64,000 bases of DNA from Cystobasidiomycetes sp. EMM_F5 (Eukaryota), in NCBI GenBank assembly GCA_051047955.1, contig JBPGPT010000001.1, positions 744,001-808,000 on the forward strand, written 5' to 3'. Shown piece after piece: positions 1 through 13,832 of this stretch. Made by a program: the position numbers and the translations under genes. The notes below the pieces were generated by a model. That model ran no database searches. It saw only the letters and a program-made list of their open reading frames with translations, and was not told where the DNA came from. Each line of letters opens with the position of its first letter. The first letter of the stretch is position 1.

Positions 1-1420
1 CGCATAGCACCGGAGCAAGAAAGCCGGTGTCTGCTAAGGAGCCAGTCTCAGCTCCGGTTGCTCTAGCACAAGGCTTTTGCTGTATGCCCCATTCGACCGA
101 TGGTCAGGCTGTCTGTGGCTGTCAGGCCAGCGACAAGATCCCAGGATGCACTGCTCATAACGCGACTAATCCAGATACTCCTCCGCGACAAGCTCCGCCC
201 GCTCCACTCATGGAGTCCGCAACACCCCGGAAAGACACGAGTATTCACATCGTCAACGATTCAGCACCTGAAGGCGCTCAAATGCCTTCCAACAAAAACC
301 TGCAGGAGAACGGTGTCATCATATACATCGGCGGAGAGTCTCTGACGTTGTCAAACCTGCTGTTAACGAATTCGACTACCCCAGTCATTTCGTATGACCC
401 AAAGAGCAAGATCTGCAAAGTAGAGTCGGAGCGGACAAACAAGATGCTCATGCGCAGGTACGGTACCATTCAGCGTGCTAAGGATGCGGACGTATTTGGC
501 ATCGTAGTCGGAACATTAGGGGCAGGTAAGCTAACCTCGATATCTGTGCTGCGGTGTTTTGCTGATATGCCGTGTTTAATTCAAGCTGCATACCTCCCAA
601 CACTTGCCTATCTTCGAAAGCTCCTGAGACAGCACCGCAAAAAGTCGTACACCATGGCAGTAGGCAAGCTCACCCCGTCAAAGCTCGCCAATTTCCTCGA
701 AGTGGAGTGTTGGGTACTAGTCGCGTGCGGCGAGAACTCCTTGGTGCAGGGTCACAAGGACTTTTATAAGCCCATCATCACTCCGTATGAACTGGAAGTA
801 GCGCTTGGCGCACGTGGTTGGCTAGGTTCAGCAAGCGACGAGACTTCCACGGCGGGCATCGACGATGGCTATACTCTCGACTTTGCAAGTGTTCTCAAGC
901 AAGCACAAAGTCGGCAGCAGACCATCGAGGATGATGCGGACCCGCATCGTGCTGAGAAAGACAGAGAAGCCGGCGATGATGCCGATGCTCCCGTCTACTC
1001 GACCGTCAGCGGAACGTATCGATATCGGCGAAACTACGGCGATAATAAGGAAATTGCGGGTATGTGGCGCCACTCGATACGCACTGTGTCTTGAACGCTG
1101 ACAGTCTGTATCAGATGCTCACGATCTAGCGAGCCAAGTTTCCGCTCTGGCTATCCGCAACAATGATTCTGCATTGGCCACAGTATTAAACGCTGCGGGC
1201 GGTAAGTAACTTTCGTAATCCACGTCAGTGGGCCACATCTTGATTACTACATCCTCCAGGTCAACACTTGGCTACGAGAATCTACAAAGGCCTCGAACCT
1301 CGGTATGGTCAAGACGAGCCGGCGGTGCTGGAAGTCGGGCGTAGCGGTATTGCAAGCCGGTATAGCGGGGATCTTGAAGCTGCAACGACAAAGTCCGTCT
1401 CGGACGGTCTCGACGAGTAG
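1..1420 (+). CDS. DPH2: Diphthamide biosynthesis protein 2, 5'-truncated by the window, multi-exon
   Basis: Motifs GIVVGTLG, KLANFLEVECWVLVACGENS and FYKPIITPYELEVAL. Last exon reads ...GLEPRYGQDEPAVLEVGRSGIASRY..., with TAG at 1418-1420. Confidence 0.9.
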
Positions 1421-2632
1421 GCCTATTGAATGCCAAGACGAGATGCCGTCATTCAATGGTGGTGTAAGCATTAGAGTTGAGATGACAACCCGTATACAGC
1501 CTAGCTTGGAATTTAGTTGATACCCGTTCAATTGTTGTCCGGCGACAAGGTGTTTGGTGGTCATGAGACGGTCTGTGCAATTTGTTTGGGCGACGAGAAG
1601 GTGGATGCACAAGTTCGGAAGACACGCCGGGTTTTCGTAGCGGGTGTTCGCAGAAACGCGCTTGGTCGGCAGAAGTCGAAGCAGCTGCGGGGCGTCGCAA
1701 ACAGCCTGACAAAGCGATTGCAACTGATTCGCGGGAGCACCGGTGCACGTCGCCGCATGAGCGAAGCGGTGTATCCGTCGTTCTGCGGCTCTCATTAACA
1801 TTGCGATCTGTGAACTCTGCATTTTCTGTCGTCGCCTCCCATATCCGGACATCTCTAAAGTCGGCATCCGCGACAAACTTCGAGCTTAGGCGTCGGCAGA
1901 AACTCTGTCAAAGCAAGTCTCTACGAGGAGGGCTGAACGAGTAAAGAGATTACTTTGCATTGTAGAGTGGGTTGTTGCGCTGCGCGTCGGTCAGTTGCGC
2001 CCTCAGTCTTCGCAATCCCGACCGCCAGCGGTAAACACGACATCCACCTGTAGTGCCGATATACTGTCAACGACACCAGCGTGTACGGTATCAGTTCCCT
2101 GCTGCTTTGGGATTAGTCCACTGCCTGTTCGTATGCTGCCCATCAATCCGATGGTGGATTATGCTGATGTTTGGATGTTTCCGCAACCTCCAAGCTGGAT
2201 TAGTCAACGAGCGATAGTTTGGAAATTGCGACGTGCTGAGCATCGTGCATTCTGGCAGCCTGCTTCAAGCCTCAGGGACCTTATCGTGGTATTGGCCTGT
2301 CAAGATCAAGACATCTGCTCCTTCCAGTTACGGCCTGACCCAGCATTTCCGCAACCTGTATCGGGCGTGCGCTGTATTTGCGACGTGCGATCCAGTGCTG
2401 CCCGACGTGACTGATATCCTGGTCGCATTATCTTTACGGCCGTGGATCGCACGCAAATTCCGCGTACATCGTGTTTGTCGAAAAAGACCAACCAACGGCA
2501 AAGGCAACGAGGCTCTAGTTTACTCCCATACCACCAAACAGACGGCGAGCAGCGACTAAACGCAAAGGAAGCAACCCAGCAACATATAAAACACGTCGAC
2601 AGTCTTTCGCATCGTAGATCTGGCTATTCGCA

Positions 2633-4260
2633 ATGGGCTGCGGTGGATCCAAGGAAGATAGTTCGGCGAGGGAGAGGAGCGATGCTATTGAAGCGCAGCT
2701 GAAGAAGGACCGGATGGCTCTCCGGAATGAAGTCAAGATGTGCGTGTTGATATACTGCTACGACCCTCCATCCACACAGTCTGTGAGGCTACGCCGTGTG
2801 CGAAGCCCGGCTACACGTGCCGACAGTCAGCGCGACGAGATCACCAGAATCCCTTAGCGAGCACTACTACGCGTCTTGGGTTCTGTGTCAAAGGTCTACA
2901 CGCTGTGCTCTTCCGTCTTAGCCTCGACTAAGCTACGGGCAGGCTTTTGTCCTGGGCCGAGTGGCGGGCATAGTAGCAGCGGGCACATCCTTGCAGACAA
3001 CACGAATACACATATAACTTCGGACTGTATCTGACTGAAATGAATCATCTTCCTCACTATGTCATCCATACAGGCTGCTCCTCGGAGCAGGAGAATCCGG
3101 AAAATCCACAGTCTTGAAACAGATGAAGCTCATCAGTAAGCTCTACTTCTGGCTTGTGACTGACATGGAGGGCTGATAGATGTCGGTGCTACATCAGACG
3201 AGGGCTCGTATACTCCAGAAGAACGGGAATCTTATATCGAAATAATTCTGAGTAATACAGGTACGGCTCCGTTGACGTCCGCTGCAAGGCCACGCCAGCT
3301 GAGCTGTCTATCAAACAGTTCAATCAATGCATGTCATTCTAGACGCTATGGAAATGATGGGAATCGCATTGGCCGACCCAAGGAACCAGCAGCGGGCCAA
3401 CGTCATTATGGGCTTGCCGCATCAACTGGAGGGAGATTCACTCACGCCGGACGTGACAGACGCTGTACAAGGGCTATGGAGAGATGCGGGAGTGCGGCAA
3501 TGCTTCGAGCGCAGCAGGGAGTACCAACTCAATGACTCGGCGCAATAGTGAGTCTTGATTGTTCGGTATAATGTGCTCATGCTAAGTGTTCGTCTTTCAC
3601 AGCTACTTCGATTCTATCGACCGGATAGGCCGTAGCGGATACCTGCCGACAGATCAGGACGTTCTCAGATCACGCGTCAAGACGACCGGTATCACGGAAT
3701 CTCATTTCCAGATCGGCGAATTACGGTACAAGCTCTTTGACGTTGGTGGTCAGAGATCTGAGCGCAAAAAGTGGGTGCCATCGCCTGTATTGCTAGTTGA
3801 CCAAATTCTGACTGTTCCTGACAGGTGGATACACTGCTTTGAAAGCGTGACTGCCATCATCTTTTTGGTTGCGATATCAGAATACGATCAATCACTCTAC
3901 GAAGACGAAAGTATCAATCGAATGCAAGAGTCTTTAGCGCTGTTTGACTCAATATGCAATTCGAGATGGTTTGTGAGCACCTCCATCATCCTCTTCCTCA
4001 ACAAAATCGATCTCTTCAAGGCCAAGATTGCTCACTCCAACATCGTCGACTACTTCCCCGACTTTAACGGCATGCCAGGCGATCTGCAAGGCGGCTGCGA
4101 GTACTTCAGCCATCGTTTCCAATCCCTCAATCAGAATCCGCAAAAGCAAGTCTACGTACACCTCACGTGCGCGACAGACACAACGCAGATCAAGTTTGTC
4201 TTGTCGGCGGTCAACGACATTGTCATTCAGCAAAATTTGCGTGATTGCGGCTTGTTATGA
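2633..4260 (+). CDS. Heterotrimeric G-protein alpha subunit, Gi-like fungal class I
   Basis: N-terminal MGCGGS lipidation motif, [38 protein letters not shown] and C-terminal CGLL. First intron 2740-3073. Confidence 0.97.
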
Positions 4261-4661
4261 ACGCGCAAGTCAGATCTTCCAGCGCGCATATAAAGGCCGG
4301 GAGTCAGCATATCCACATCCATGGGTTTGGCGGCAGGGAAATCCATCACTTTAGTATGTATCATGACTATCTTCCGTATTGTTGGCAAAATTACGTTTTA
4401 GCTACGCGATCTTCATACTCGTTGTACTTAGTAATGTTACTGTTCACAGTCGAGTGCAAATAATGATACCACATCACATTTCTCGTTCAAAGCAAAGGTA
4501 GCTTCTGCAGACCTTCTAATGACGCGGTACGTGCTTTTCGATCAGTGTGATGCTGCAAGGACATAGTATCCGTCCCTTCATGTTACGAGCACTCGAGCAT
4601 GTTTGACAAACATGGATGTGTCGCTGGGCGACGCTTCTGATTAACGAATGGTTCTGCAGCC

Positions 4662-7030
4662 ATGCCCGGCGAGCCGCCAACGCTTCCTGCACCGGAGCGA
4701 CGCTCGACAGCTGATCCGCCCAAGCTCAAGATTCGGCTCGGTTCTGGCAGGTCTAGCCAGTCCCAGCTGACGGCAACAACTCCCGGTGGTGGTACTTCTT
4801 CACCGCGTAATAATGGTCCAACCGCACCCTCGCCTTTGGTTGCAAGAGGCATCGTTGCTGCCAGTCCGCTTTCGATATCCACACCGGCAGGAACGCCCGC
4901 TGAAAACGGCCATCATGTGCCGAACGACAATGGGCTGCCAAATCTTCCTGTCAGAGGGGACGATATTATGCAGGATGCCGGGAGGCCGCCATCAGCCAGT
5001 CTCAAGATCAAACTAGGATCCAAAGGCAAACAAAGAGCAGTCGACCAGGACGGCAATAATATCGACGATGGGAATGCGCAAGCAGAGCAATTAAAACGTG
5101 AAGCAGAAGAAATCCTGCGTACTCGTCAACAACTGGAAAATGACCTGCTCGAGTTGCCCGACGTCGCCCGTCAGCATTTGGTACCGTTGTATGAGGTTGT
5201 GCGCAAAGTCGTTGCGCGTTCATTCAGCGAGCTACAGTCACTAGTAGAAATGTGAGTCGATTCAACATGGTCTACGCGCTATCTGATCATGAGTACTTTC
5301 ATATGACATCAATTGAATTACAAACGCAAACGCTTTTCTGTATAATTCCGCGAACGTACAGCTTACCAGCAAAGAACGACGATAATCGAAAACGTGCAAT
5401 CATTGCATACGTCGTATCGAATCGACGACAGATCATTAAGCTGCTCGTTCTGCTACGATGGAGTCGAGACAGCACACAAGAAGTCGAGCGCTGCATGAAT
5501 TTGGTTGCCTTCCTCCAAAGACAGAATTTCCAATTGGAACGCGCGGTGGAAAGTCTGAAAGCAACGCGCGAATCATTGCTTACGGCAAGGGTCAGAAACT
5601 ATGATCTGGTTACTGCTGTTGATGTTTTCAGCGCCGGCACCTACACGCGCCTACCTAACATGTTCAAAGTTAGCACACCACTAGAGACGTCAAGCATCAT
5701 GAGTTCCTTGCTGATCTGCCACCACAGGACACTTTCATTGCTCCCAAGAAAATGTCTGCAACGGAGGTATTGCAGCTTTTGCAAGAGCTAGAGTCCGTCA
5801 TCCGGTATCGATTGCAATTACATGAGTATATACCTCTGCAACTTTTGCAGAATCCTCATCAAATCCGTAAGCTGAGACAGAGCGTATGCGCTGAACCGTC
5901 CCAAACTCATTGCATATCTAGATGACGGCCGAGTGACGTTCCACGCACCTGGGCTATTTAAAGCATCCTTCACGCTTGGCGGGGACACCCTCGACCATCA
6001 GTGGTATCTCGTAGACTTTAGCTTTGACATTCGAGGCAGAAACAGTAAGATCCGCAGGTTGAATTGCGCATGTTCATCACTAATTGCCTACCTCTTGATA
6101 GTCTCTCAGCGACCATCTAGCGTTATGATGGAACATATTGTGCAGCTATCGAACGAAATGTTGAGCAAGTGTGCTTCCCCGGTTCCTCAGGCGGCACCAT
6201 CGATCGAAGCCGAAGGCAAACCGCCAGATCAGCCGCAGAAGACTTGGGCATTTGTTCAAGCATTCGAGATGTTTCGTAAGTTGACGTGACAAGCGCCCGT
6301 ACATCTTTCTGCTGACGCCAATGCCTATTTTAAGAGGACCTGTCGTTATATTATCAGTTAGAAGTGCTTCAGTATCATGTAAGTCTGTATAGTGACACGA
6401 GCTCAACATCGAATCTCAAAAGTTATGCACAGGCTGTCCAAGCCAACACTGCTCCGACTATATGGCAGAACAGGCTGAATATCAGCATGTCAAAAGATAG
6501 GTCTCGTCTAGAGGTATGGTACAACAAGTGAGTTTCCGGAGCTCGAATAAGTTGATTTTAATAGTAATGATGCCGGATGAAGACCGTTTCCTCGACACCC
6601 ATCCCAATATTTTATGCATCCGGATCAGCAATGCGTCTTCACAATTGAAATGACACCAAATCATACTCCTGCTGCTGGCAGGTCCAGCCGAGCAATCACT
6701 ACGATGCTCTCAGCACTGTCCGAGCGGCTGGCGCGAACGTCATTGGCGTCTTCGGCGGCGGCTTCTGCAGCAGCGCCCCTGACGGCATCGTCCGAGCCTC
6801 TTGCAACGACAACCGTCAGCAAAATGATAAGGTGTTCTTTCATACGGACGCCCGTCTGGTACGATTTGAAGGGCAGGCGCTTGACACAACTGCCACCCGC
6901 TTTAGCCGCGCAGATGCAGGTGCAAGCTACGGAAACGAAGGAGATTTCACTATATGCAAATCTTGGCTCTGCGGAACTTTCACCGCAGTTGCGCGATATA
7001 GACTCAATCTTAGATGAGTGCTTTCGTTAG
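4662..7030 (+). CDS. MED14: Mediator subunit 14 (Rgr1)-like, multi-exon
   Basis: Med14 N-terminal domain-like segments LLELPDVARQHLVPL...SELQSLVE|LP, RRQIIKLLVLLRWS, ARVRNYDLVTAVDVFSAGTYTRLP and GRVTFHAPGLF. The 3' exons are approximate. Confidence 0.8.
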
Positions 7031-7240
7031 CCGCGTCTCGATATGGCAATTAAAGACACCATGGGCCTGCTTGATTCCCTTTGATTCCCTTTCTGTATTG
7101 CGCTTTGAAATAAGCATTCACCAGATGCATGATACTGCAACAACAATAATATACCAAAAATAATTCAAACTGAAACAGCAATACGACAGAACAATGCCAA
7201 GTAGGTCATGGCACGAGTAGGCAGTCATTGAACTTTTACG

Positions 7241-10071
7241 CTATCGGCGGAGCCGTGACTCTGGTGGTGGAGGGTGTTACAGCCCTGCGCAGTGACGGGT
7301 ACACAACAAATTGAGCCCAGTCGCGGACTCGAGAAAGGCGGGACTTACGAGCTGTAGACTGTACTAAAGACTATAATGTGGAGCAGGCAAGCGTATACTA
7401 CGAAAACATTCCGCATCACGCGATTTCCCAGGATGACGGTCGACATCGTGAACAAGATTTTCTCGATGGGATTCAAGTTGCTAATTGCCCGACTTTGTTC
7501 CTGAAGCATGGGGCAAGGACATTAGCTGATGCATCGACAAGGTCATGCTTAAACGTACCCGACCCTTGAATGCTTCAAATGGGTTCATGCTGTCTTCGTA
7601 CAGACTCCGATACTTCCCAAGCTCTTCATCGCGCTTGTGATTGCCGACTAGTGAGCGCAAGCTCGACGGCGCTCCGCTGCTGCCACCAGCTACGTTTGAT
7701 GAGTACGATTCAAGGTACCGCACCTTTTCGTACAGCTTCAGATTATCGGCTTGAAGGCTCTTGATTTCGTTTCTCAGCTCATTGATAGTGTCAGATTGCC
7801 GCAGCAATTGCTATAAGGAAACCTCAGTAATGTCGCGGGACTGCGGCGCCAAATTCCTTACTTCTTCCAATTCTGCATTGCGTTGACGGAAGCGATCGCG
7901 TTGGCTAGTGATAATGGGTAATATGGACGTCTCGCTCGACGTGGGAGCCGCAGCTGACGTCGCATCCTGACATGCAGACAGTCAGCGTGATAGGGTCTCG
8001 TCTTCATCTAGCTTACAGATCGCTTAGCAACGAGCGCTGCCAAGGAATCGCTAGTGTTGCCGGCGGTTGCCGATACCGCCCCTGGTCGCGGGGTGCCGGA
8101 TACAGACCTTGCGATTGGCGTACCAGAACCGTTGACGCGCGAAAGATCGCTCTCCAGCTTCTCATTCAGAACTCGCTGCTCGTTGAGTCGCAGGGTGCCC
8201 TCTTCGAGTTCGGTTTGGGTAGTTTGTAATGCAACACTTAATTCTTCGTTGGCGACCTGTTTATATCACCCCTCAGTCAAGGTCGCATCCAGTCGAAACG
8301 GCTAAACCTACGCGAAGTTTCGTCAATTGATCTTGCATCTTGCGATTTTTGCTCATAAGCAGCCCCTCTAGCGGCCGACCATGCTGTCTAGCTTTGTCGG
8401 CATTAGGATTGGGTAATCGAATCGAACTATTGGCATGCCCATGGAAAGAAGAAGCTACATCGTCGTCATCGTCGGCCGCATACTCCGTGAAAGCCCCATC
8501 GGCATCGTTATCGATATCAGATCCAGCAAACTCTATGTACTGCACACGGTGTCAGATGTCAGGTTGCATATGTGGGACAGACACAATGGTAATTTTAATT
8601 ACCTTCATGATTTCCAGCTCTCTTCTTATTTCATCATAGTCGTCGAATTGCTTGACTTTTGCTCTCAAGCTTTGCAATTCGCTCTGCCAGGTCTCCGTGT
8701 TCTTAGCGAGATCGTCGTGCTGCTTTTGCGCCGCCGCTGCTTGATTTTGCGACTCTTCCTTCTGCAGCTCCAACAGACGAAGTAGGCGGGAAGCTTCTGT
8801 TTGCAGCTCGGAATTCTGCGATTCAAGAGAGCGGACACTACGATATGCACCTGTCAACGCTAGATTCGACTTTTCAACACAGAAGATTAACGTACCGTTC
8901 CGCAGACTCGCTCCCACTACGAACGGCTTCAATTTCGGCTCTTAGCTTCTCGTTTCGTCTCTCCACCTCAGCTGCGCGACCGTTGGCGCGCTCGAGATCG
9001 GCAGTAAGCAGGTCCATTTCTTGCAAGCGGGACCCGACTTCTTGGTCTACACGACAAAGTGTTAGCCGCTACGCGAAAAGTGCTTGCTGTTGGTGGATTA
9101 CCTTGTCTGGAGCTGTGATCCAGCAACTTGGCCTGCGTAGACTCATTCGACTGTCGCAGATCCCGAAGTTGGCCTTTTACGAGAGCAACCTGCTTTTGTA
9201 GATCCTTCTCTCGGTCATCGTAGTTTCTCAATCGCTCGTCGTACGTTGCGTGCAACTCTGCTTCCTTGCTGGCGACCTTCTCATTGATCATGTCATCCAT
9301 CTTTGCCTCAAGCTTTTCGTTCTTGTCCTGCAGCTTTTTGCGCTCCTTCTCCACTCCTCGTGCCTCCACCAGTTCCTTCTTCAAATCAGCATTCTCCTCC
9401 TTAAGGCGAGCAACTTCAGACTCCAGAAGCTTGGCTTCGGAAGCTCTGGCTGTTTGGTCCTATAACGAGAGAGCCAGTCAGTGACCATTGCACCTCGATC
9501 GGGTAGAGACTTACCACGGCTGCATCGAGGAGCGGGTACGGATCAGGCGCTTCCGCCAACAGCTTGTATACGTTGAGAAAAGCGTTCTCTGCGATCTTGC
9601 TGCGCTTCGTGAGGTTATCGATTTCCGTTTGATACGCTGGATTAAACATCGCCCCATCAGTATCGATTTCGGTGTAAACTTGCTCGCCCATGTCAGCCGC
9701 ACCTTTCAATAAGGTACGGAAGACTGCCAGTTTCTCGTCGTCAGATACTTTCTTGAAGTCTTTGGCAACAGTCAGTGATGTATTCAATGAACGTTGAATT
9801 GAATGCGGCACCTCGCGTTTGTTCAGCTAGCTTCTTCCGCCCAACCATATTCTCCTTTTGGTTATCGATAATCTCCAAACCCTGCGAGTCGAGCGTTTTC
9901 TGTAAGCCAGCGAGATTGATATCTGCATCATAATGGAGGTTGCCGATGTTAAGCCACGTCTACACCACCGAAATGACACGCCAAATCACCCCTCCACACG
10001 CTCAGAGCCGCCGAGAATGTTGGCTCGCTCGACCGCAAGCCGTCCACAGGGTAGCCTGAAGTTGTCGACAT
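7241..10071 (-). CDS. COY1: Golgi coiled-coil membrane protein CASP/Coy1 (CUX1 N-terminal plus CASP C-terminal domain)
   Basis: N-terminus MSTTSGY...FSAALSVWR|DINL..., YQTEIDNLTKRSKIAENAFLNVYKLLAEAPDPYPLL, LQADNLKLYEKVRYLESY, YEDSMNPFEAF and a C-terminal hydrophobic segment. Confidence 0.9.
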
Positions 10072-10430
10072 TGCTTCGATATATTCTTGCGTGTGTCAAC
10101 TATGCCCGTATGCTAATCATGCGCAGCCCAGGCAGCTGACCCTGGGTCGCGCGCGGTATTGGGTGTTGGCAGCCGCAGCCGCAGCGAGTCTGTAATTCAA
10201 GCAGAACAATGCAGTCTCGAGTTGCAGTGACAGCAGTCCTGGTGGCAGAGTCTGTTGCTTCTCAATTTTTGACGGGTCAAGACATACAGCGCTGTGAATA
10301 CCAGCGTGAATATAGCTGTGATCGGCCTTGATACGATACACGTCGAATGCTACTGAAGCACGCGAGTCATTGATTCCTACTAGAAGACTAATCCCTGCTG
10401 CGCGGCGTTATCGACGGGACAGCCCTTGAT

Positions 10431-11685
10431 TCAATTAAACATCCATTCGCTTGCCCCGCCTTCTGTGATTTCTCGCTGTGGCTCCTCGACGCGGATGAAA
10501 ATCTGCTCATCTTCCATCTGTAATTGCTGCAGCGTGTTTGCCCGCCTTGCATTCCTTTGCTGCTCACTTTCTCTGCTACGGGGAAGAGACAGCACGGGGC
10601 CGCCGGTACTAGATCTATACAGCGTCGATTTGGGCTCTGTCGCCTGACGCGTCTTTTCGGAGAACTTCGCCCAGTCAAGCTGCAGACTCCGTCGTGCAAG
10701 TGAAGATGTTGGTCGAGAAGTGCCTAGCATCCTGCGTGGGGCCGACTGCGGCGTCTGAGCGTTGTTGTTGTTGCACAATCTAAGGCTGCCGCCTGAGAGC
10801 GTGGTGGGCATTCTGAAAGGGGTAGATACTTTGTGCAACGCTTGACCAGCAGAGCCAACGCTGGACCTGACGCTACCAGGACCAGAATCTGGTGTAGGAA
10901 ACGTCCGGCTGTGGAGTACTGGCGTTGTGAAAGCCCTAGGCGACTCACACCCTTGGGAGTGCGCAGCCACAGTGCCATTGAGTCTCTCATTCAACGGCGT
11001 CCGAGACGATGGAATGGTAGACTTCATCAAGCGTGCGATGGCTGGAGTGCGCGACGTAAAAGGATCATCTTGCTGATTGTCGTGATCCATCGCTTTCCGC
11101 TTCTGGCCGGCAAATCGTCTAGCGCTCGCTTCTTGCCTTTCGTCATCGTCATCCGCAAGACAATCAAGGGTGTCGACGGCAATAGGTGCCTTCTTGGCGA
11201 AGAGTTCCGCTACGTCCTGCCCATGCAGCCGTCAGCTCTCTGTGAGACGATACCGTAAGTGTCACAGACTTTCTGCTCCTCATACGTCAGTTCCTCCACA
11301 GTAGCGAAGTGCTTATCGAAATCGACTTGATAGTCGGCGGGGAACATGAACGAGCTTGGCACGTTGGAGAAGCCTTTGATGCCAGGTGCTCTCGCCCGAT
11401 GAAAGACTTCGTCCAATTGAAGCATTGAAGTGTCAAAGAGGAGGCACTTCGAGTTCATGTGGTGATAGACAATGTAGCCATCGTGCCAGGTCTACATTGC
11501 AAGTCGTTAGCGAACGTCGGCCGCACTTGTTTAATCAGCGACGCACCTTGTGCTTCTTTGCAATATCCTTTGTATACATGCAGCGGTACCTGCGCTGGAC
11601 ATTGTTGCTCATTCAAGTGCTGCTCTATGCGGGTGGTCGGCGAGCTTACCATCAACGCCAGCTGTGGTTGATTGGGCGTGGTCAT
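10431..11685 (-). CDS. DUF2439 (ZGRF1 N-terminal / Mte1 / Dbl2-like) protein, 4 exons
   Basis: Manual splicing gives MTTPNQPQLALM|RRYRCMYTKDIAKKHK|TWHDGYIVYHHMNSKCLLFD...EEQK|DVAELFAKK, in frame with the 10431-11090 ORF. The Y-x-C-x-YT...KK-x-K-x-WHDG pattern is the DUF2439 signature. Confidence 0.75.
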
Positions 11686-11993
11686 GTTGAGTGTAGCTGA
11701 TGTCTTATCTCGCTTAAATCCATGCTACGACAACCATATTGGTGAGTGCCAGCCTACATATGAATGGCGTGTGCGAGCACAGTCAAGGATGGCAAGAACG
11801 CGACTGATATGTGGCAAATATGGTCAAAACAGAAGAGTGCGGTAGCAAGTATATTGGCCGAGTCTGTTACATCGAGGTGACTGTGGGTATCGCGCAGTCT
11901 TTGAATAGGTGCAGTATCGCGCTCAGCGCCCACTGTAATGATCTATGCGAGCTCGTCGAGGATGTAAGGACTTCACGCCTTGAAAATGCTCTC

Positions 11994-13141
11994 TCACATC
12001 GAGCCAGGCATAGCGAGCGGCATGTTGCTTGGCTGAGGCCTAGGTGGGCCGGGGAAGAAGTTGTTTCGTGGAGGTGGGGTCGGATCGAATGTATTCTGGC
12101 GTTCGAGCATCCGAACTGGTCCACCTGCACCGGCTCGCATACCTCCTGGATACAGAGTAGTCGGCAAGCCATTTCTAACAGGAGGTTGTGCGGCTGGTGC
12201 GCGACTACCCATCGAGAATATGCCCGATAGCCGATTTGACAAGCGGTTGGCTAAGCTCTCCTTTCTTGTAGGCTGCCGCTGGAGCATACTGCCAGCTGGA
12301 GGAGGGTAGTCATCTGCTCCATCTTGACCGTTTGGTCCATCGAAAGAGTCCGAGCGATCACCTTCGCTTCGAGTAAATGTCATTGGGTCAGAACCCCCTC
12401 TGACCTCCTCCCGTGCTGCTTTCTCATTGGCAGCTTCGACACCATTGGTGTCTGCTAGATCCCAGATATGACTGGCACGCTGAAGGTGGGCGGTCTGCAT
12501 CCTTAGCGATCTTCTCCTTCTCCATCTCAGCATTGCACCTAGCAACATGAGAATGACTCCAGCACCGACAAAGGCGGCTAGTGAGATACCTGTTTGATTT
12601 GTCAGCTGTTTTGCCAGAACTAATCTGGACACTACAGCTACGTGCCTATGATCTGACCAGTTCCAAGTCCGCTATTGTCTGCCTTACCGGAGCCACCAAG
12701 CGACTTCATATTCGAAGACGTTGGCAACTCATTGAAGCTGTCAAACGAGCGCGTCGGTCCATTCGCAGGTCGCTTTGTAGTTGCGGAATCGGAATCCGAT
12801 GAAGTAGACGATGTCGCGGATGTAGAGCTAACACTAGACGACGAGTCGGTAGGAGATGAGGATGAAGATGTACTTTGAGAGGAAGAGCTACTTGACGAGG
12901 ATGTGGAGGAGCTTGAAGTGGAGGAGGTAGTCGGTCGACCACCTGTACGATCGTGAGAGGTAGTACTGGTGACCTCTTCAGTCACCGTCACTCTCGTAGA
13001 AGCAGATTGAGATGCGCTGCTATCTGTCGTTTGCGAATCGGTTGTCGCGTCTTGAGTATGATCTTCACGAGAAGTGCGAGTATTGCTAGCTTGATCAGTC
13101 GCAGACGAGTCAGTACCGGTCGATTGGTTTGCGTCTGCCAT
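11994..13141 (-). CDS. Ser/Thr-rich single-pass membrane protein with Mid2/Wsc-like architecture; ends uncertain
   Basis: S/T-rich N-terminal exon, then GLGTGQIIG|ISLAAFVGAGVILMLLGAML transmembrane segment followed by the basic stretch RWRRRR and a Pro-rich tail. Confidence 0.6.
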
Positions 13142-13832
13142 TGCGGTGTATTGCGATATGTATGGCTGTCGAGCTGAATCAGTGCGGAAGCTTTACGGCT
13201 GCTCTCGCAGCGCAGACAATCGAGAGCAATGTGGAGTCAAGCTAGCGGACTCAGTGCTTAGCCCAGTAACTCTGTCCAGACCTCAGCAGCACATAGCCAA
13301 GGCGAGGACAGGACCGTGAAAGGGAAGACTATGCATGCTCTATTCGGGGTGGAGGGAACGGCCCATAGCCGACGAACGTTTTGCCACTCTACATCGGACA
13401 GGAAGCGTCAGTACAGGTGAGCAGTGACCTCGTTGATTCATTCGATGCTTCCGACGGAAGCGCTTCGAAATGCGTCAGCTGATTCGATAGACTAAGGCGA
13501 GTCTGATCCTCCCGCCAAACGGCAATAAGGTTGCGATACTGAGTCGTTACGGTAGGTAGCCACGGCACACTGATCTACTGGACAAATGTAGCTGCATACT
13601 ATTGTCCATAGAAGATGCCTGACGAAGATCGGTCTCCTTGCAGGACATGCTGTAACCAGAAGCATGGCGATTGCGAGTCGTAACAAAGACTGTAACACGC
13701 CATCATACTTAGTGTCGTGATGCTTAGAAGTTCGTAAATACTGCGTCGTTACGGTATACTGATAATTGAGCAAATCGGAAATGGAAGGAAGAATATCGGG
13801 AGTGGTTGTAGGGTAGATCACCGTAGAGTTGA

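Noticed and set aside
1247..2559. Several 100-200 aa ORFs between DPH2 and G-alpha
   Set aside because: No recognisable motifs or convincing splice pattern, and they partly overlap the last DPH2 exon. A small gene cannot be excluded but is unsupported.
2740..3073. Long first intron of G-alpha as a possible snoRNA host
   Set aside because: No C/D or H/ACA box arrangement with a terminal stem found by eye.
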